Assembly (NCBI GenBank): GCA_021735445.1 | Contig: JAIPHA010000003.1 | Span: 903-64,902 of the forward strand | From: Candidatus Omnitrophota bacterium | GTDB lineage: Bacteria > Omnitrophota > Gorgyraeia > Duberdicusellales > 4484-171 | Direction of reading: 5' to 3' | Length of the DNA: 64,000 nt | In this document: positions 27,335 through 37,674 of the stretch, piece by piece | How the letters are laid out: each line of letters opens with the position of its first letter | Position numbering within the stretch: position 1 is the stretch's first letter | Made by a program: the position numbers and the translations under genes | The notes under the pieces: model-generated | Told to the model about the DNA's origin: nothing | Database searches by the model: none | The model's input: only the letters and a program-made list of their open reading frames with translations

Positions 27335-28017
27335 TGGATGAATTTGACCAATTAGTTAAGGTTGTAAAAATATTACGTTCTCCGGATGGTTGCCCCTGGG
27401 ACCGGGCTCAAACAATAGCTGACATGAAAAAATATTTACTTGAAGAAACCTATGAACTTATTGATGCTTTATCGGATAAAGATTACAAAGCAGCAGAAGA
27501 AGAGCTGGGGGATGTAATATTGATAATTATTGTGATGGCCGAAATGCTGGATAAAGAAGGAAAGGCAAATCTTAAAAAAATACTACAATTGGTAAAAGAT
27601 AAGATGGTTCTCCGCCATCCCCATGTATTTTCAGAAAATAAATTAGGCACTAAAGAAGAAGTTTTAAAAGTTTGGGTGGACAAGAAGGCTAATGATAAAA
27701 ATCGAAAATCGGTAAAAGACAGATTGCCCAAAATGGCTCCTGCTTTATTGTTATCTTATCTATTTTTAAAAGAATATAAAGTTTTAGGAAAAAAGGTTAA
27801 TGATTTAAAGGATTTTGAAGATATTGCCTTGACAATATCCGCTAAGTTAGATAAGCTTAAAAAAGAAACAAAAGGCAAACAAAAGGGGCTGTTAATTTCA
27901 GAGATATTATTTTATGTTACAAAATTATCATTTATTTCCGGCCTAGACCCCGAAGAGCTTCTTCGGCAAAAAATATTCAGGGAGGCGGAAAAAGTTTCTT
28001 ATGGCAAGGATAAATAA
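27334..28017 (+). CDS. mazG: Nucleoside triphosphate pyrophosphohydrolase MazG
   Basis: LRSPDGCPWDRAQT and EETYELIDA...EELGDV MazG motifs. Confidence 0.85.
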   Translation: MDEFDQLVKVVKILRSPDGCPWDRAQTIADMKKYLLEETYELIDALSDKDYKAAEEELGDVILIIIVMAEMLDKEGKANLKKILQLVKDKMVLRHPHVFSENKLGTKEEVLKVWVDKKANDKNRKSVKDRLPKMAPALLLSYLFLKEYKVLGKKVNDLKDFEDIALTISAKLDKLKKETKGKQKGLLISEILFYVTKLSFISGLDPEELLRQKIFREAEKVSYGKDK

Positions 28018-28046
28018 ACCGGGTAATTATGCTATAATTTATTGTT

Positions 28047-28397
28047 ATGGATAATCAAAGAAGGTTAATTAGATTAGATTCTTCTGATTTTTTGCAAATT
28101 CAGCCGGTAAATGAGGTAGGTGAAATTTATGAGGCGGAAGCTCAGGATTTTACCTTTATGGGTATTTGTTTTTGTTCTTCAATTGAATGGAAAAAAGGGC
28201 AAGTACTTGCGCTAAACTATTTTATTCCCGAAGACAACGAACCGGTGAAGATGAAAATGGTAGTAATTTGGTCTGAGTTTATCAGTTCAAGCCAGGGTTA
28301 TTTTTGCGGCGGCCAAATTACAGATATCGAAGAAAAAAGCCAAGCCCAATTCGCTCATTACTACTACAAGAAACTTAAAGAAAAATTTTCGCAATAG
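28047..28397 (+). CDS. PilZ-domain-like protein (putative c-di-GMP receptor)
   Basis: N-terminal RRLIR (RxxxR) followed by DFTFMG (a D/NxSxxG-like motif) with the spacing expected for PilZ; 116 aa. Confidence 0.5.
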   Translation: MDNQRRLIRLDSSDFLQIQPVNEVGEIYEAEAQDFTFMGICFCSSIEWKKGQVLALNYFIPEDNEPVKMKMVVIWSEFISSSQGYFCGGQITDIEEKSQAQFAHYYYKKLKEKFSQ

Positions 28398-28505
28398 ATT
28401 GATATCTAAGTTTGATTTCCTCCTGATTTTTTAAGGTCTTTCTGCCTTTAACTAACTTTTTTAATAAAGCAGGTAATTGTTACAGCTGATGCCCGCAGTA
28501 GAGTT

Positions 28506-31500
28506 ATGACAGAAAATAAAGATTCTTTGCGATTTAGGCCTCCTCAAATAGCTATTGTCGAGGCTTCTGCCGGATCAGGAAAAACTTATGCTTTAGCTAA
28601 ACGTTTTCTCCAACTTTTAATCAATCGTTCTGACCCTCCTGCCAGCGATTTAAGCACAATTTTAGCGATTACTTTTACCAATAAAGCTGCTTGTGAGATG
28701 AAAGAAAGGATATTGGAAATCCTTAAAAACCTCGCTCTTGATTCTTTTGCGGCCCCAGATCAAAAAAAAGATATTATCGACAGTTTGGGAGTTGAATATG
28801 ATTTTGCCCGCCGCAAAGCTCATCTATTAATCGAAGAAGTTATCCGTCATTACAGCTTTTTTGGAGTTAAAACTATAGATAGTTTTATTAATTCTTTGTT
28901 GTTGGGATGTTCGTTGCATATCAGCCGTTCAGCATCTTTTCGAATAAAGAGAAACTATAGAGAAGCTCTCCTTTATTCTCTTGATACTTTAATAGATAAA
29001 TCATTAACCGATCCAGGCTTAGGCAAAGACCTAAATACCTTTTTACGCCATTATTTATTTGTAGAAAATAGAGGCAGCTGGTTTCCTAAGGACCAAATTC
29101 TGGAATTGATGACAGCTCTTTTTGAGTTAGTGAACCGGTACGGTAAAGGCTTCTCTAAGTATGAAATTGATATAGATTCTTTATTTAAGGGAAAAAGCGA
29201 TATATATAAAGATATTAAGGAATTAGCAGAAATTTTGCCTTCTAATATTAATAAACGCAGCAGAAAATCTATTTTAAGTTTTCTTCAGAAAGAGGAGCAT
29301 CAATTTGAAATAAGTAATTTACCCAATAGTTTAGCTAAGCCGGAGCCTCCTTTAAATAAAGGGGAAACGGCCAGCGATGATTTCCTAAAACAATGGGGCC
29401 GGATTTACCGGAAAATCAAAAAAATGGTGGAATTGGAAGCGGAAGTTTCCTATAATCCTTATATTGGGTTGTTTAATAAGGTAAAAGATATTTTTGAATC
29501 TTTTTCGGAAAAAGAAGATGTTTTATTTTTAAATCAACTCAACCATCAAGCCCGTTTTCTTTTTTCCCGGCAAGGCATAACGGTTGCTGAGCTTTATTAT
29601 CGCTTGGCTACCCAATTCCGGCATTATTTGATTGATGAATTTCAGGATACCAGTTGTCTTCAATGGAATAATTTGGAAAAAATGGTTGAAGAAGGCTTGT
29701 CTACCGGCGGCACTCTCTTTTATGTAGGAGATAAAAAACAAGCAATTTATCGATTTCGCGGCGGGCAAAGTCAGCTTTTCGGGGAAATCAAAAATAAATT
29801 CCAACATTATAATCCTGTTACTTTGTCTTTACAGAAGAATTGGCGGAGCCATAAACAAATAGTTGAATTTAATAATTTTATTTTTTCTTCTCAAAATATC
29901 CTCAGGTTTTTAAAAAAATCAAAAATATCAGAAAAGCTGGAAGAAGATAAATATCTAGAGCCAATTGTTGATAATTTTTCCGATTCAGGGCAAAGCCACA
30001 AAGAAGGTAATGACTGTGGTTATGTTTACGCCGAAAAGTTAAATGAAGCCAACCAAACTGAACGGGATAAAGTAGTTAGAAAGAAGATAGTAAATTTGAT
30101 TAATGAGTTAAAGAAGCGTTTTTCTTTAGCCGACATAGCTTTGTTGACTCGGGATAATCGCGAGCTGGAGCTTTTGACGGGTTGGCTGTTGGAAGAAGGG
30201 TTTTCTGTTGAATCCGAAAAAACTCTGAATGTGTTAAAACATCCACAAATTAAAGAAATAATTAGTTTTTTGCAATTTCTTCATTCTCCGGTAGATGATT
30301 TAAGTTTTGCTTCATTTATCTTGGGAGATATTTTTAACAAAAAAACTGAACTGGGCAAGGATGAAATAAAAAAATTTCTTTTTAGGCTAAATAGGAATAA
30401 AAAAAAGGCAAAAATTAATCTTTACCGAAAATTTGCGGATCAATTTCCCGAAATTTGGACGAGAGAAATCGCTCCCTTTTTTAAAACTGTGGGGTTCATT
30501 TCGCCTTATCAGCTGCTTATCGCCGTTTATAGGCAGTTTGAACTTTCGAAAAATTTTCCTCAAGTTCAAGCTTTTTTTAAAAAATTCCTCCAACTTTGTA
30601 AGGATAGCCAAGAAGAAGAGTCCGGGCTTTGGGGGTTTTTATCTTACCTTAAAGAGCCTGATCCTGAAAAGCCCTATGTTAAGATAGTCGCAAAAAACTC
30701 CTTGAAGATTTTAACTATCCATAAATCAAAAGGTTTAGAATTCCCGGTAGTAATAATACCGTTTTTAAAAATGAGCATTTCTGCAGAGACAGGTACAACC
30801 GGGACGAAATCTTATCTGGAAGAAAGGGGGCAAGGCAGCGATTTAAAATTACATCTTTTAAGGATCACCAAGGAGTACCGGCGTTATTCGAGGCGCTTAA
30901 GCAGGATTTATCAAAGCAGTTATCAGCAAAGCTGCATTGATGAGCTTAATAATATCTATGTAGCCTTAACCAGGCCAAAAAATGAGTTGTATATTTTTAT
31001 TCCTCGAAAAAGCGGAAACTCCATTAATCAGGCTTCATTTTTGCTGGATCAAGAAACAATAGAGAAAGGTAAAAAGATTAAATATCCCTCGCCGCAGTTT
31101 TGGCCAAAGATAGAAAAAATAGAAGCTTCGCTTTATAAAGATTGGGCTAAGTGTTTAAGCGAAGATTTTAGCGGCCAAGTTTTGGGCCAGCAAAGAGCCG
31201 AGGCCAAAGAAGGCATAATTCTTCATCGGGCTTTGTCGGTTATAGGAGATTGTTCCAAAGGTAATCTCGAAGCCTATATTGACGCTGCGCTAACTCAAAT
31301 AAAGAATATTTTTTTTATTAAAAATATCAGTATTTACCGGGATAAGCTAAAAAAGATTGTAACTAGTAAAAATTTAAAAGAGATATTCTTTCAGCCACAA
31401 GCCGTCTGTTATTGCGAAAAAGAATTAGTTGATAAAATGGGTTTCACCAAAAGGATAGACCGGCTTTTGGTTTTTGAAAATAAAGCAGTTATTATTGATT

Positions 31501-31643
31501 ATAAAAAAAACCGCGGCTTTGAAGAAAAACATTATAACCAACTGAAAGATTATGCTAAAGCTGTAGCTGATATCTATCCCGGCAAGATAGTAAAAGGGGT
31601 TGTTGTTTATTTAGAAGAGCTAGAAAAAGAATATTTATTTTAA
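28506..31643 (+). CDS. addA: UvrD-type helicase with a C-terminal PD-(D/E)XK nuclease (AddA/RecB-like)
   Basis: ASAGSGKTYALAKRF Walker A, DEFQDTS and YRFRGG helicase motifs, and the C-terminal IDRLLV...IIDYKKN nuclease motif. Confidence 0.8.
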   Translation: MTENKDSLRFRPPQIAIVEASAGSGKTYALAKRFLQLLINRSDPPASDLSTILAITFTNKAACEMKERILEILKNLALDSFAAPDQKKDIIDSLGVEYDFARRKAHLLIEEVIRHYSFFGVKTIDSFINSLLLGCSLHISRSASFRIKRNYREALLYSLDTLIDKSLTDPGLGKDLNTFLRHYLFVENRGSWFPKDQILELMTALFELVNRYGKGFSKYEIDIDSLFKGKSDIYKDIKELAEILPSNINKRSRKSILSFLQKEEHQFEISNLPNSLAKPEPPLNKGETASDDFLKQWGRIYRKIKKMVELEAEVSYNPYIGLFNKVKDIFESFSEKEDVLFLNQLNHQARFLFSRQGITVAELYYRLATQFRHYLIDEFQDTSCLQWNNLEKMVEEGLSTGGTLFYVGDKKQAIYRFRGGQSQLFGEIKNKFQHYNPVTLSLQKNWRSHKQIVEFNNFIFSSQNILRFLKKSKISEKLEEDKYLEPIVDNFSDSGQSHKEGNDCGYVYAEKLNEANQTERDKVVRKKIVNLINELKKRFSLADIALLTRDNRELELLTGWLLEEGFSVESEKTLNVLKHPQIKEIISFLQFLHSPVDDLSFASFILGDIFNKKTELGKDEIKKFLFRLNRNKKKAKINLYRKFADQFPEIWTREIAPFFKTVGFISPYQLLIAVYRQFELSKNFPQVQAFFKKFLQLCKDSQEEESGLWGFLSYLKEPDPEKPYVKIVAKNSLKILTIHKSKGLEFPVVIIPFLKMSISAETGTTGTKSYLEERGQGSDLKLHLLRITKEYRRYSRRLSRIYQSSYQQSCIDELNNIYVALTRPKNELYIFIPRKSGNSINQASFLLDQETIEKGKKIKYPSPQFWPKIEKIEASLYKDWAKCLSEDFSGQVLGQQRAEAKEGIILHRALSVIGDCSKGNLEAYIDAALTQIKNIFFIKNISIYRDKLKKIVTSKNLKEIFFQPQAVCYCEKELVDKMGFTKRIDRLLVFENKAVIIDYKKNRGFEEKHYNQLKDYAKAVADIYPGKIVKGVVVYLEELEKEYLF

Positions 31644-31647
31644 AATC

Positions 31648-34479
31648 ATGAAAGATTCTAAAGTATTTAATTATAGTTTTGGTTGTGACCTTATCGAAGA
31701 AATTGCAGATGTTTTATATAAGGATTTTTATAAAAATAATAGATCGTTAGAAAGGGTAGCTTGTGTATTTGGGGGTAAACGCCCGGGTTTATTTTTAAAA
31801 GACAGGCTTTGGCGGAAAATAAAGAAGAGTTTTATCCCGCCGGTCATTTTTTCTATGGATCAGTTTATGCATTATATAGTATCTAAGCAAAGCCCTGTCA
31901 CCAAGATGCCTGATTTAGAACTTTATCATTTTATCTATCAGGTTTCCAGGAAAAAACTAAAATTTTTAAATAGCAAACAGTTAAATTTTTCTAAATTTCT
32001 AAGCTGGGCAAAAGAAATAGCCGCTTTTATAGAACAACTTGATTTAGAAGGGATAAAAGACGTTTCTTTGCTGGATGTTCAAAAAAGCGCGGCAATTGGA
32101 TATGAAATACCCGAAAGCATGAATTATCTTTTAAAAAATATCGTATCAGTCAGGAAGGATTACCATAAATATTTACGAAAAAATAAGCTATATTCGCGGG
32201 GGATGATCTATTTAGAGGCTGCAAACCGGGCTAATAAAGAAAAACTTAAAGAGTTTGATCAAATATTTTTTTGTGATCTTTTTTATCTTCATAAGACCGA
32301 AAAAGAAGTTGTAAATAAATTTTATAAAACCGGAAAAACTAGCTGTGTTTTTCAAGGTTCCAACAAAAGGTGGCCTATCTTGGATAAAAATTTTAAATTA
32401 TTGGCAGAACCGGTAAAATTTTCTAAAAAAACCCAAAGCCATTGTAGGTTAAAATTCTATCAAGGATTTGATTCACAATCCCAGGTTGGCTTGGCCAAAA
32501 AGATATTAAAAAGCATAAAAAATAAGGATGAAACTTTAATTTTGCTTCCTAATCCGGAAACTTTAATTCCTTTACTTTCGGAAGCAAGTTGTCAGCTTGA
32601 TGAATTTAACGTATCGTTGGGTTATCCTTTGGCCAAAACCTCTTTGGCGGCTCTTTTTAGCTATCTGTTTGATGTTCATCATCAACCGAAGGCAGGCAGC
32701 TATTATGCTAAAGATTATTTAAAAGTATTAAGGCATCCTTTAATCAAAAATATATCGATAAAAGAAGCCTCTTTAACAACTCGAATACTGGTGCATAAAA
32801 TAGAGGAGGCATTAACCGGAACGATTAAATCTTCGATTGGAGGAAGTCTTTTTATATCGCTTAGCTCTATAGAAAACGATCAGGATATCTACAATGAATA
32901 TAAAAAAACTCTTAATTCGCTTGGTTATGGCTTAAATAAATCTGATTATTATAAAACAATTAAGCAAATTCATAATTTATTTTTTCGAAATTGGGAAAAG
33001 GTCGATAGTTTCGGTAAATTTTCAAAACAACTTAAAACAACCCTGGATTGCTTATCTACCCATCAGCTGCTTGCAAAATTTCCTCTTGAATTGAAAAGTT
33101 TGGATGCTTTATATAAAATCGAAGAAAATTTTAGTTCTTTATCCTTTGCGGTAGAGGCTTTCGGCGCCGAACAGATTTGGAATATTTTTAAACAAAGCGT
33201 TGAAGCAACACAAATATCTTTTATTGGTTCTCCTTTACGGGGGGCTCAAATTTTGGGTTTATTCGAAACAAGAGCCTTGCAATTTAAAAATGTTATCGTT
33301 TTAGACGCTAATGAGGGAATCTTGCCCAAGCTGAAAATAACCGAGCCTTTGGTTCCAGCGGAGGTAAAGATGAGCTTGGGGTTGCCTGCTTTGGGCAAGG
33401 AAGAGGAGATTCAACGTTATCATTTTATGCGTCTTGTTGAATCTGCAGAAAATGTATTTTTGATTTGGGCCAAAAACCAGGCTTTAGAAAAGAGCAGGTT
33501 TATCGAAAAGATAATTTGGAACCGGCAGAAAAAAGAAAATAAAATTGATCTGGACTCAATACCCCAGGCTTCTTTTTTATTGTCTTTCCCCAAGCCTGCT
33601 AAGCCGGTTAAAAAGAATTCTCAAATTATAAAATTTCTAAAAAACTCGACTTATTCGGCTTCCCGGATTAATACTTATCTAAATTGCCCTTTGCAGTTTT
33701 ATTATAAATATGTATTGGGGCTGGCCGAAAAAGAAAATTTATTAGAAGGGGTAAAAGATTCACAGATTGGGAACTTTATCCATCAATTCCTTTTCGAAGC
33801 TTATAGTAAATTTTTAGGGAAAAAGCCGGTTTTTGACCAAAAGTTTAATAAATACTTTCAAGAAAATTTTAACCGGAAATACGAAAAAGAATTAAAACCC
33901 CGGATGCAATCCGATTCTTTTTTGCTTAAAGAAATTATTAAAGCCCGGATCGATAAATTTTTTCAGGAAGAAAGAGAAAGAGCTGTAGATATTGTCAGAA
34001 TTGAGGCTTTAGAACAAGAGTGTTTTGACCAGCTGGAACTGGGAAAATTGACTTTAGATTTCAGGTATACTGTTGACAGGATAGATTTGTTTAAAGGAAA
34101 TCGCCTTTGCGTGATAGATTATAAAACCGGCGGCAGTGATGTAATTCCGGCTAAGCTAAATAATTTAGAAAAAATGGATTATTGCCGGAAAGAGATAAAA
34201 AATAAAATTAAATCATTTCAATTGCCTCTCTATTATTATTTTACCCAAAAGAATTTTAAAGAAAAAGAAGTGAATGCCTATATTTATAATTTACGGACCG
34301 CAGAAAGAAAGCCTTTTATCTCTTACCGGGATTATCAGAAAAAAGATAAAGTTCTTGACTATTGCCTAAATGCCCTTAAATTTATATTTAATCAGATGTT
34401 TGATCCCAATATAGATTTTGAAGCGGATAAAGATTCAAGAAGGTGTAATTATTGCCCTTTTTATAGCTTATGTAGTTAA
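31648..34479 (+). CDS. addB: AddB-like helicase-nuclease subunit (PD-(D/E)XK nuclease with a Cys cluster)
   Basis: C-terminal DRIDL...VIDYKTG nuclease motif flanked by Cys residues (YLNCPLQFY ... CNYCPFYSLC), as in iron-sulfur AddB; adjacent to addA. Confidence 0.75.
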   Translation: MKDSKVFNYSFGCDLIEEIADVLYKDFYKNNRSLERVACVFGGKRPGLFLKDRLWRKIKKSFIPPVIFSMDQFMHYIVSKQSPVTKMPDLELYHFIYQVSRKKLKFLNSKQLNFSKFLSWAKEIAAFIEQLDLEGIKDVSLLDVQKSAAIGYEIPESMNYLLKNIVSVRKDYHKYLRKNKLYSRGMIYLEAANRANKEKLKEFDQIFFCDLFYLHKTEKEVVNKFYKTGKTSCVFQGSNKRWPILDKNFKLLAEPVKFSKKTQSHCRLKFYQGFDSQSQVGLAKKILKSIKNKDETLILLPNPETLIPLLSEASCQLDEFNVSLGYPLAKTSLAALFSYLFDVHHQPKAGSYYAKDYLKVLRHPLIKNISIKEASLTTRILVHKIEEALTGTIKSSIGGSLFISLSSIENDQDIYNEYKKTLNSLGYGLNKSDYYKTIKQIHNLFFRNWEKVDSFGKFSKQLKTTLDCLSTHQLLAKFPLELKSLDALYKIEENFSSLSFAVEAFGAEQIWNIFKQSVEATQISFIGSPLRGAQILGLFETRALQFKNVIVLDANEGILPKLKITEPLVPAEVKMSLGLPALGKEEEIQRYHFMRLVESAENVFLIWAKNQALEKSRFIEKIIWNRQKKENKIDLDSIPQASFLLSFPKPAKPVKKNSQIIKFLKNSTYSASRINTYLNCPLQFYYKYVLGLAEKENLLEGVKDSQIGNFIHQFLFEAYSKFLGKKPVFDQKFNKYFQENFNRKYEKELKPRMQSDSFLLKEIIKARIDKFFQEERERAVDIVRIEALEQECFDQLELGKLTLDFRYTVDRIDLFKGNRLCVIDYKTGGSDVIPAKLNNLEKMDYCRKEIKNKIKSFQLPLYYYFTQKNFKEKEVNAYIYNLRTAERKPFISYRDYQKKDKVLDYCLNALKFIFNQMFDPNIDFEADKDSRRCNYCPFYSLCS

Positions 34480-34487
34480 TTAAAATT

Positions 34488-35516
34488 ATGTCAAAAGCAA
34501 AAATTATCGCTACTTTAGGGCCTGCCAGCCGGGACAAGGCCACTATATCTGAAATGGCCTGCCAGGGGATGGATGTTGTGCGCCTTAACTTTTCTCATGG
34601 GTCAAGAGAATCCCACCTTCGGAAAATTAAAGCTATCTCTGCGCTCAATAAAAAAAGGGAAAAAAAGATAAAAATAATGCAGGATTTAGAAGGGTACCGG
34701 ATAAGGGTGGGAAAACTAAAGAATGAAAAGGTATTTTTAAAAAATAACTCGATAGTTTATCTTAGCCAGGAAGATCTAATAGGAAACCAGAGGATCATAC
34801 CTTTTGATTACAGAGGGTCTTTAGAAGGGATTAAAAAAGAAAATGCTGTTTATATAGATGATGGGAAAATTATAGTCAAAATACAAGCTGTCGGCAGAAA
34901 AAGGATTAAAGGTAAAGTCATAAGGGGCGGGGAAGTTGGGGAAAAAAAAGGAATTAATATAGTTGGCGCAGAATTGGAATTTGACCCTCTAACTGAAAAA
35001 GATAAGAAAGATTTAGGTTTTACCCGGAATTACCCAATTGATTATATTGCTCAATCTTTTGTAAGAAGCAAGGAAGATTTATTAATTTTAAAACAATTAT
35101 TAAAAAGTCAAAAAAGAACTCCTAAGGTATTTGCTAAGGTCGAAAGCCTTCAGGGCTTAGCTAATATTGATGAGCTCATAGATGAGGCCGATGGGATAAT
35201 TGTAGCCAGGGGGGATTTAGGTATTTGCCTTCCTATCTATAAGGTGCCTTATTTTCAGAAAAAGATATTAGAAAAAACCAAAAAAGTTCAGCGGCTTTCT
35301 GTAGTTGCAACTCAGATGTTAGAAAGTATGACTAAAAATATGATTCCTACCCGGGCTGAGGTGTCTGATGTTGCCAATGCGATTTTAGACGGAGCAGATT
35401 TTTTATTATTTTCAGGTGAAACAGCTATAGGTAAATATCCGGTTGAGGTCGTCAAAATAGCTAAAAGTATTATCGATTATACCAGCCGGGGCCAACCAAA
35501 AGATTTATTCAAATGA
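34488..35516 (+). CDS. pyk: Pyruvate kinase, short form lacking the C-terminal regulatory domain
   Basis: KIIATLGPAS, VVRLNFSHG, ARGDLG and MLESM motifs. The protein ends after the A-domain (342 aa against ~470 aa typical). Confidence 0.85.
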   Translation: MSKAKIIATLGPASRDKATISEMACQGMDVVRLNFSHGSRESHLRKIKAISALNKKREKKIKIMQDLEGYRIRVGKLKNEKVFLKNNSIVYLSQEDLIGNQRIIPFDYRGSLEGIKKENAVYIDDGKIIVKIQAVGRKRIKGKVIRGGEVGEKKGINIVGAELEFDPLTEKDKKDLGFTRNYPIDYIAQSFVRSKEDLLILKQLLKSQKRTPKVFAKVESLQGLANIDELIDEADGIIVARGDLGICLPIYKVPYFQKKILEKTKKVQRLSVVATQMLESMTKNMIPTRAEVSDVANAILDGADFLLFSGETAIGKYPVEVVKIAKSIIDYTSRGQPKDLFK

Positions 35517-36259
35517 GTCCGGTTATTTCATCTCTTCAAAAAGGCAGGGGAAAAGTAAAATTAAGAGGAAAAGTCAGGACTGTTTATAAGCAAATGGGTA
35601 AAGCCATCTATAATTATAAGATGCTTGCTCCCGAAGATAGGGTTTTGGTCGCTGTATCCGGCGGGGCAGACAGTTTAGCTTTGCTTAAGCTTTTTTTGAT
35701 GCGGCAAAGAAGAGTCCCCTTTAATTTTGAAATTATTGCTTGTTTTGTTGACACAAATTTTGTAAAAGTAGACAAAGATCTGCTTATACAATATTTTAAG
35801 GATAACGGAATTAATTATCTAATTAAAGAATTGGAGATTGAAGAGGAAAACCGGAATTGTTTTTGGTGTTCTTGGTCAAGGCGAAAAATATTATTTGAAA
35901 CAGCTAAGCGCTTTAGCTGCAATAAAATTGCCTTAGGCCATAATTTAGATGATATAACGGAAACAATTTTGATGAATATGTTTTTCTTTTCCCAAATTAG
36001 CTCTGCGCCTCCGGCTCTGGATATGTTTTCCGGCCGAGTTAAATTGATTAGGCCTTTGGCTTATTTAAAAAAGAAAGATATTTTGGAGTTTGCCCGGCAA
36101 CTTTTGCTGCCCTTTGCAAGCCATAACTGTATCTATGGGGAAGGGACCCGCCGGGAAAAGGTAAAAAATTTAATTAATGATTTAGAAGGTATTTGCCCTC
36201 AAGTAAAAAAGAATATTTTTCGTTCTTTGGGTAAAATAAGAAAAGATTATTTAGTTTAA
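35513..36259 (+). CDS. ttcA: PP-loop ATPase, TtcA-like tRNA 2-thiocytidine synthetase family
   Basis: VAVSGGADSLALL PP-loop, CFWCSWSRR Cys motif and LGHNLDD. Confidence 0.75.
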   Translation: MSPVISSLQKGRGKVKLRGKVRTVYKQMGKAIYNYKMLAPEDRVLVAVSGGADSLALLKLFLMRQRRVPFNFEIIACFVDTNFVKVDKDLLIQYFKDNGINYLIKELEIEEENRNCFWCSWSRRKILFETAKRFSCNKIALGHNLDDITETILMNMFFFSQISSAPPALDMFSGRVKLIRPLAYLKKKDILEFARQLLLPFASHNCIYGEGTRREKVKNLINDLEGICPQVKKNIFRSLGKIRKDYLV

Positions 36260-36263
36260 AATT

Positions 36264-36878
36264 ATGGAAATATTAATTACAGCCGGGCCTACCTGGGCGC
36301 AAATCGATAAGGTGAGAATTTTAACCAACCGATTTACGGGTAAAACCGGTCTTTACCTAGCCAATAAGCTAACGGCAGCAGGCCATAAGGTTACTTTGAT
36401 CGTAAACCCTTATTCACTCGGTAAGGTTGCAGGTATAAAAAGTTATTATTTTCATTATTTTGATCAGTTTAAAGATAAAATAACGGATTTGTTAAAAAAT
36501 AATAAATTTGATGCGGTAGTGCATATGGCAGCAGTAAGCGATTATTTACCTAAGTTTAAAGGCGAAGGAAAAATTCCTTCCGGGAAAAAAGATTTTGATA
36601 TTTCTTTGGTTCCGGCTCCAAAAATAATTAAAATTATTCGTAAACTGGCTAAAGAATCTATATTAATTCAATTTAAACTGGAAGTAGAAGAAAAAGGTAT
36701 TATTGATAAGGCCTACGAAAGCCTTAAAAAAAACGATTCAGATTATGTAGTAGCCAATGCTTTAGAATCTTTGGAAGAAGGCTATCAAGCACAATTGATC
36801 GATAAGCAAAAAAATATAATTAGAATCAACTCAAAAGACGATTTAGCCAAAGAAATTAATAACCTCTTAGCTCTATAA
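36264..36878 (+). CDS. coaB: Phosphopantothenate--cysteine ligase (stand-alone CoaB)
   Basis: ITAGPTWAQIDKVRILTNRFTGKTG and AAVSDY motifs of the CoaB half of Dfp. Confidence 0.85.
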   Translation: MEILITAGPTWAQIDKVRILTNRFTGKTGLYLANKLTAAGHKVTLIVNPYSLGKVAGIKSYYFHYFDQFKDKITDLLKNNKFDAVVHMAAVSDYLPKFKGEGKIPSGKKDFDISLVPAPKIIKIIRKLAKESILIQFKLEVEEKGIIDKAYESLKKNDSDYVVANALESLEEGYQAQLIDKQKNIIRINSKDDLAKEINNLLAL

Positions 36879-36880
36879 CC

Positions 36881-36915
36881 TACCAACTGTCCACACCCGG
36901 TGTGGACAGTTGGTA
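36881..36915. repeat. REP-like perfect hairpin (16-bp stem, 3-nt loop) upstream of the RAYT gene
   Basis: taccaactgtccacac ccg gtgtggacagttggta, with the arms exactly complementary. Confidence 0.9.
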
Positions 36916-36937
36916 TCAGGGGTGGGTAGGAGTAATT

Positions 36938-37597
36938 ATGGCGCAAAGAAAAGTACCTTTAGAGATCGGGCGAGTTTATCATCTGTTTTCAAAAAGCATC
37001 GCTGGGTTTACGATATTTCGGAATAATTCGGAATATCAAAGGATGAGAGATTTACTCATTTATTATAATTTTATAAATTTACCTTGGAAATTTTCTCGTT
37101 TTTGCGAGAGGAAAGACAAAGAAATTGCCTATGACAGATATTTTACCAAAACGGAGAAGTTGGTAGATATAATTGGTTACTGTATAATGCCTACCCATAT
37201 CCATTTAATCCTAAGGAATTTAGATTATAAGGCAATATCAACCTTTATGAGAAAAATCCTTAATAGTTACGCTAAATATTTTAATATTAAAACTAAAAGA
37301 AGAGGGCCTTTATGGCAATCTCGTTTTAAGAACGTTCTTGTTGAAACCGATCAACAACTTATTCATTTAACCAGGTATCTGCATTTAAATCCCGTAACAG
37401 CCCGTTTGGTGGATCAACCAGAAAATTGGGGTTTTTCATCTTACAAAGAATTTTTAGATGATATAGAGAAAAATAAAAGAATTTGCAGTTATTCAGGCAT
37501 TCTAAATATAAACCCTAAAGAATATAAGGATTTCGTAAATTCCCAGATAAATTATCAGAAAGAGCTGGCTGAATTGAAAAAAATGTGGATAGAATAA
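36938..37597 (+). mobile_element. REP-associated tyrosine transposase (RAYT; IS200/IS605 Y1 HUH family)
   Basis: HUH motif CIMPTHIHLIL and the catalytic-Tyr region LTRYLHLNPVTARLV...WGFSSY. It is flanked by related hairpins. ATG at 36938 is preferred, because the GTG at 36902 lies inside the hairpin. Confidence 0.85.
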
Positions 37598-37600
37598 GAC

Positions 37601-37634
37601 CTTACTGTCTGCACCCGGTGTGGACAGTGGTAGG
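37601..37634. repeat. REP-like imperfect hairpin downstream of the RAYT gene
   Basis: cttactgtctgcac ccg gtgtggacagtggtagg. The right arm is near-identical to the right arm of the 36881-36915 hairpin. Confidence 0.8.
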
Positions 37635-37674
37635 GGTTTACAGAGGGGGCCGGAGGTATTAGAATAGGATTGCT

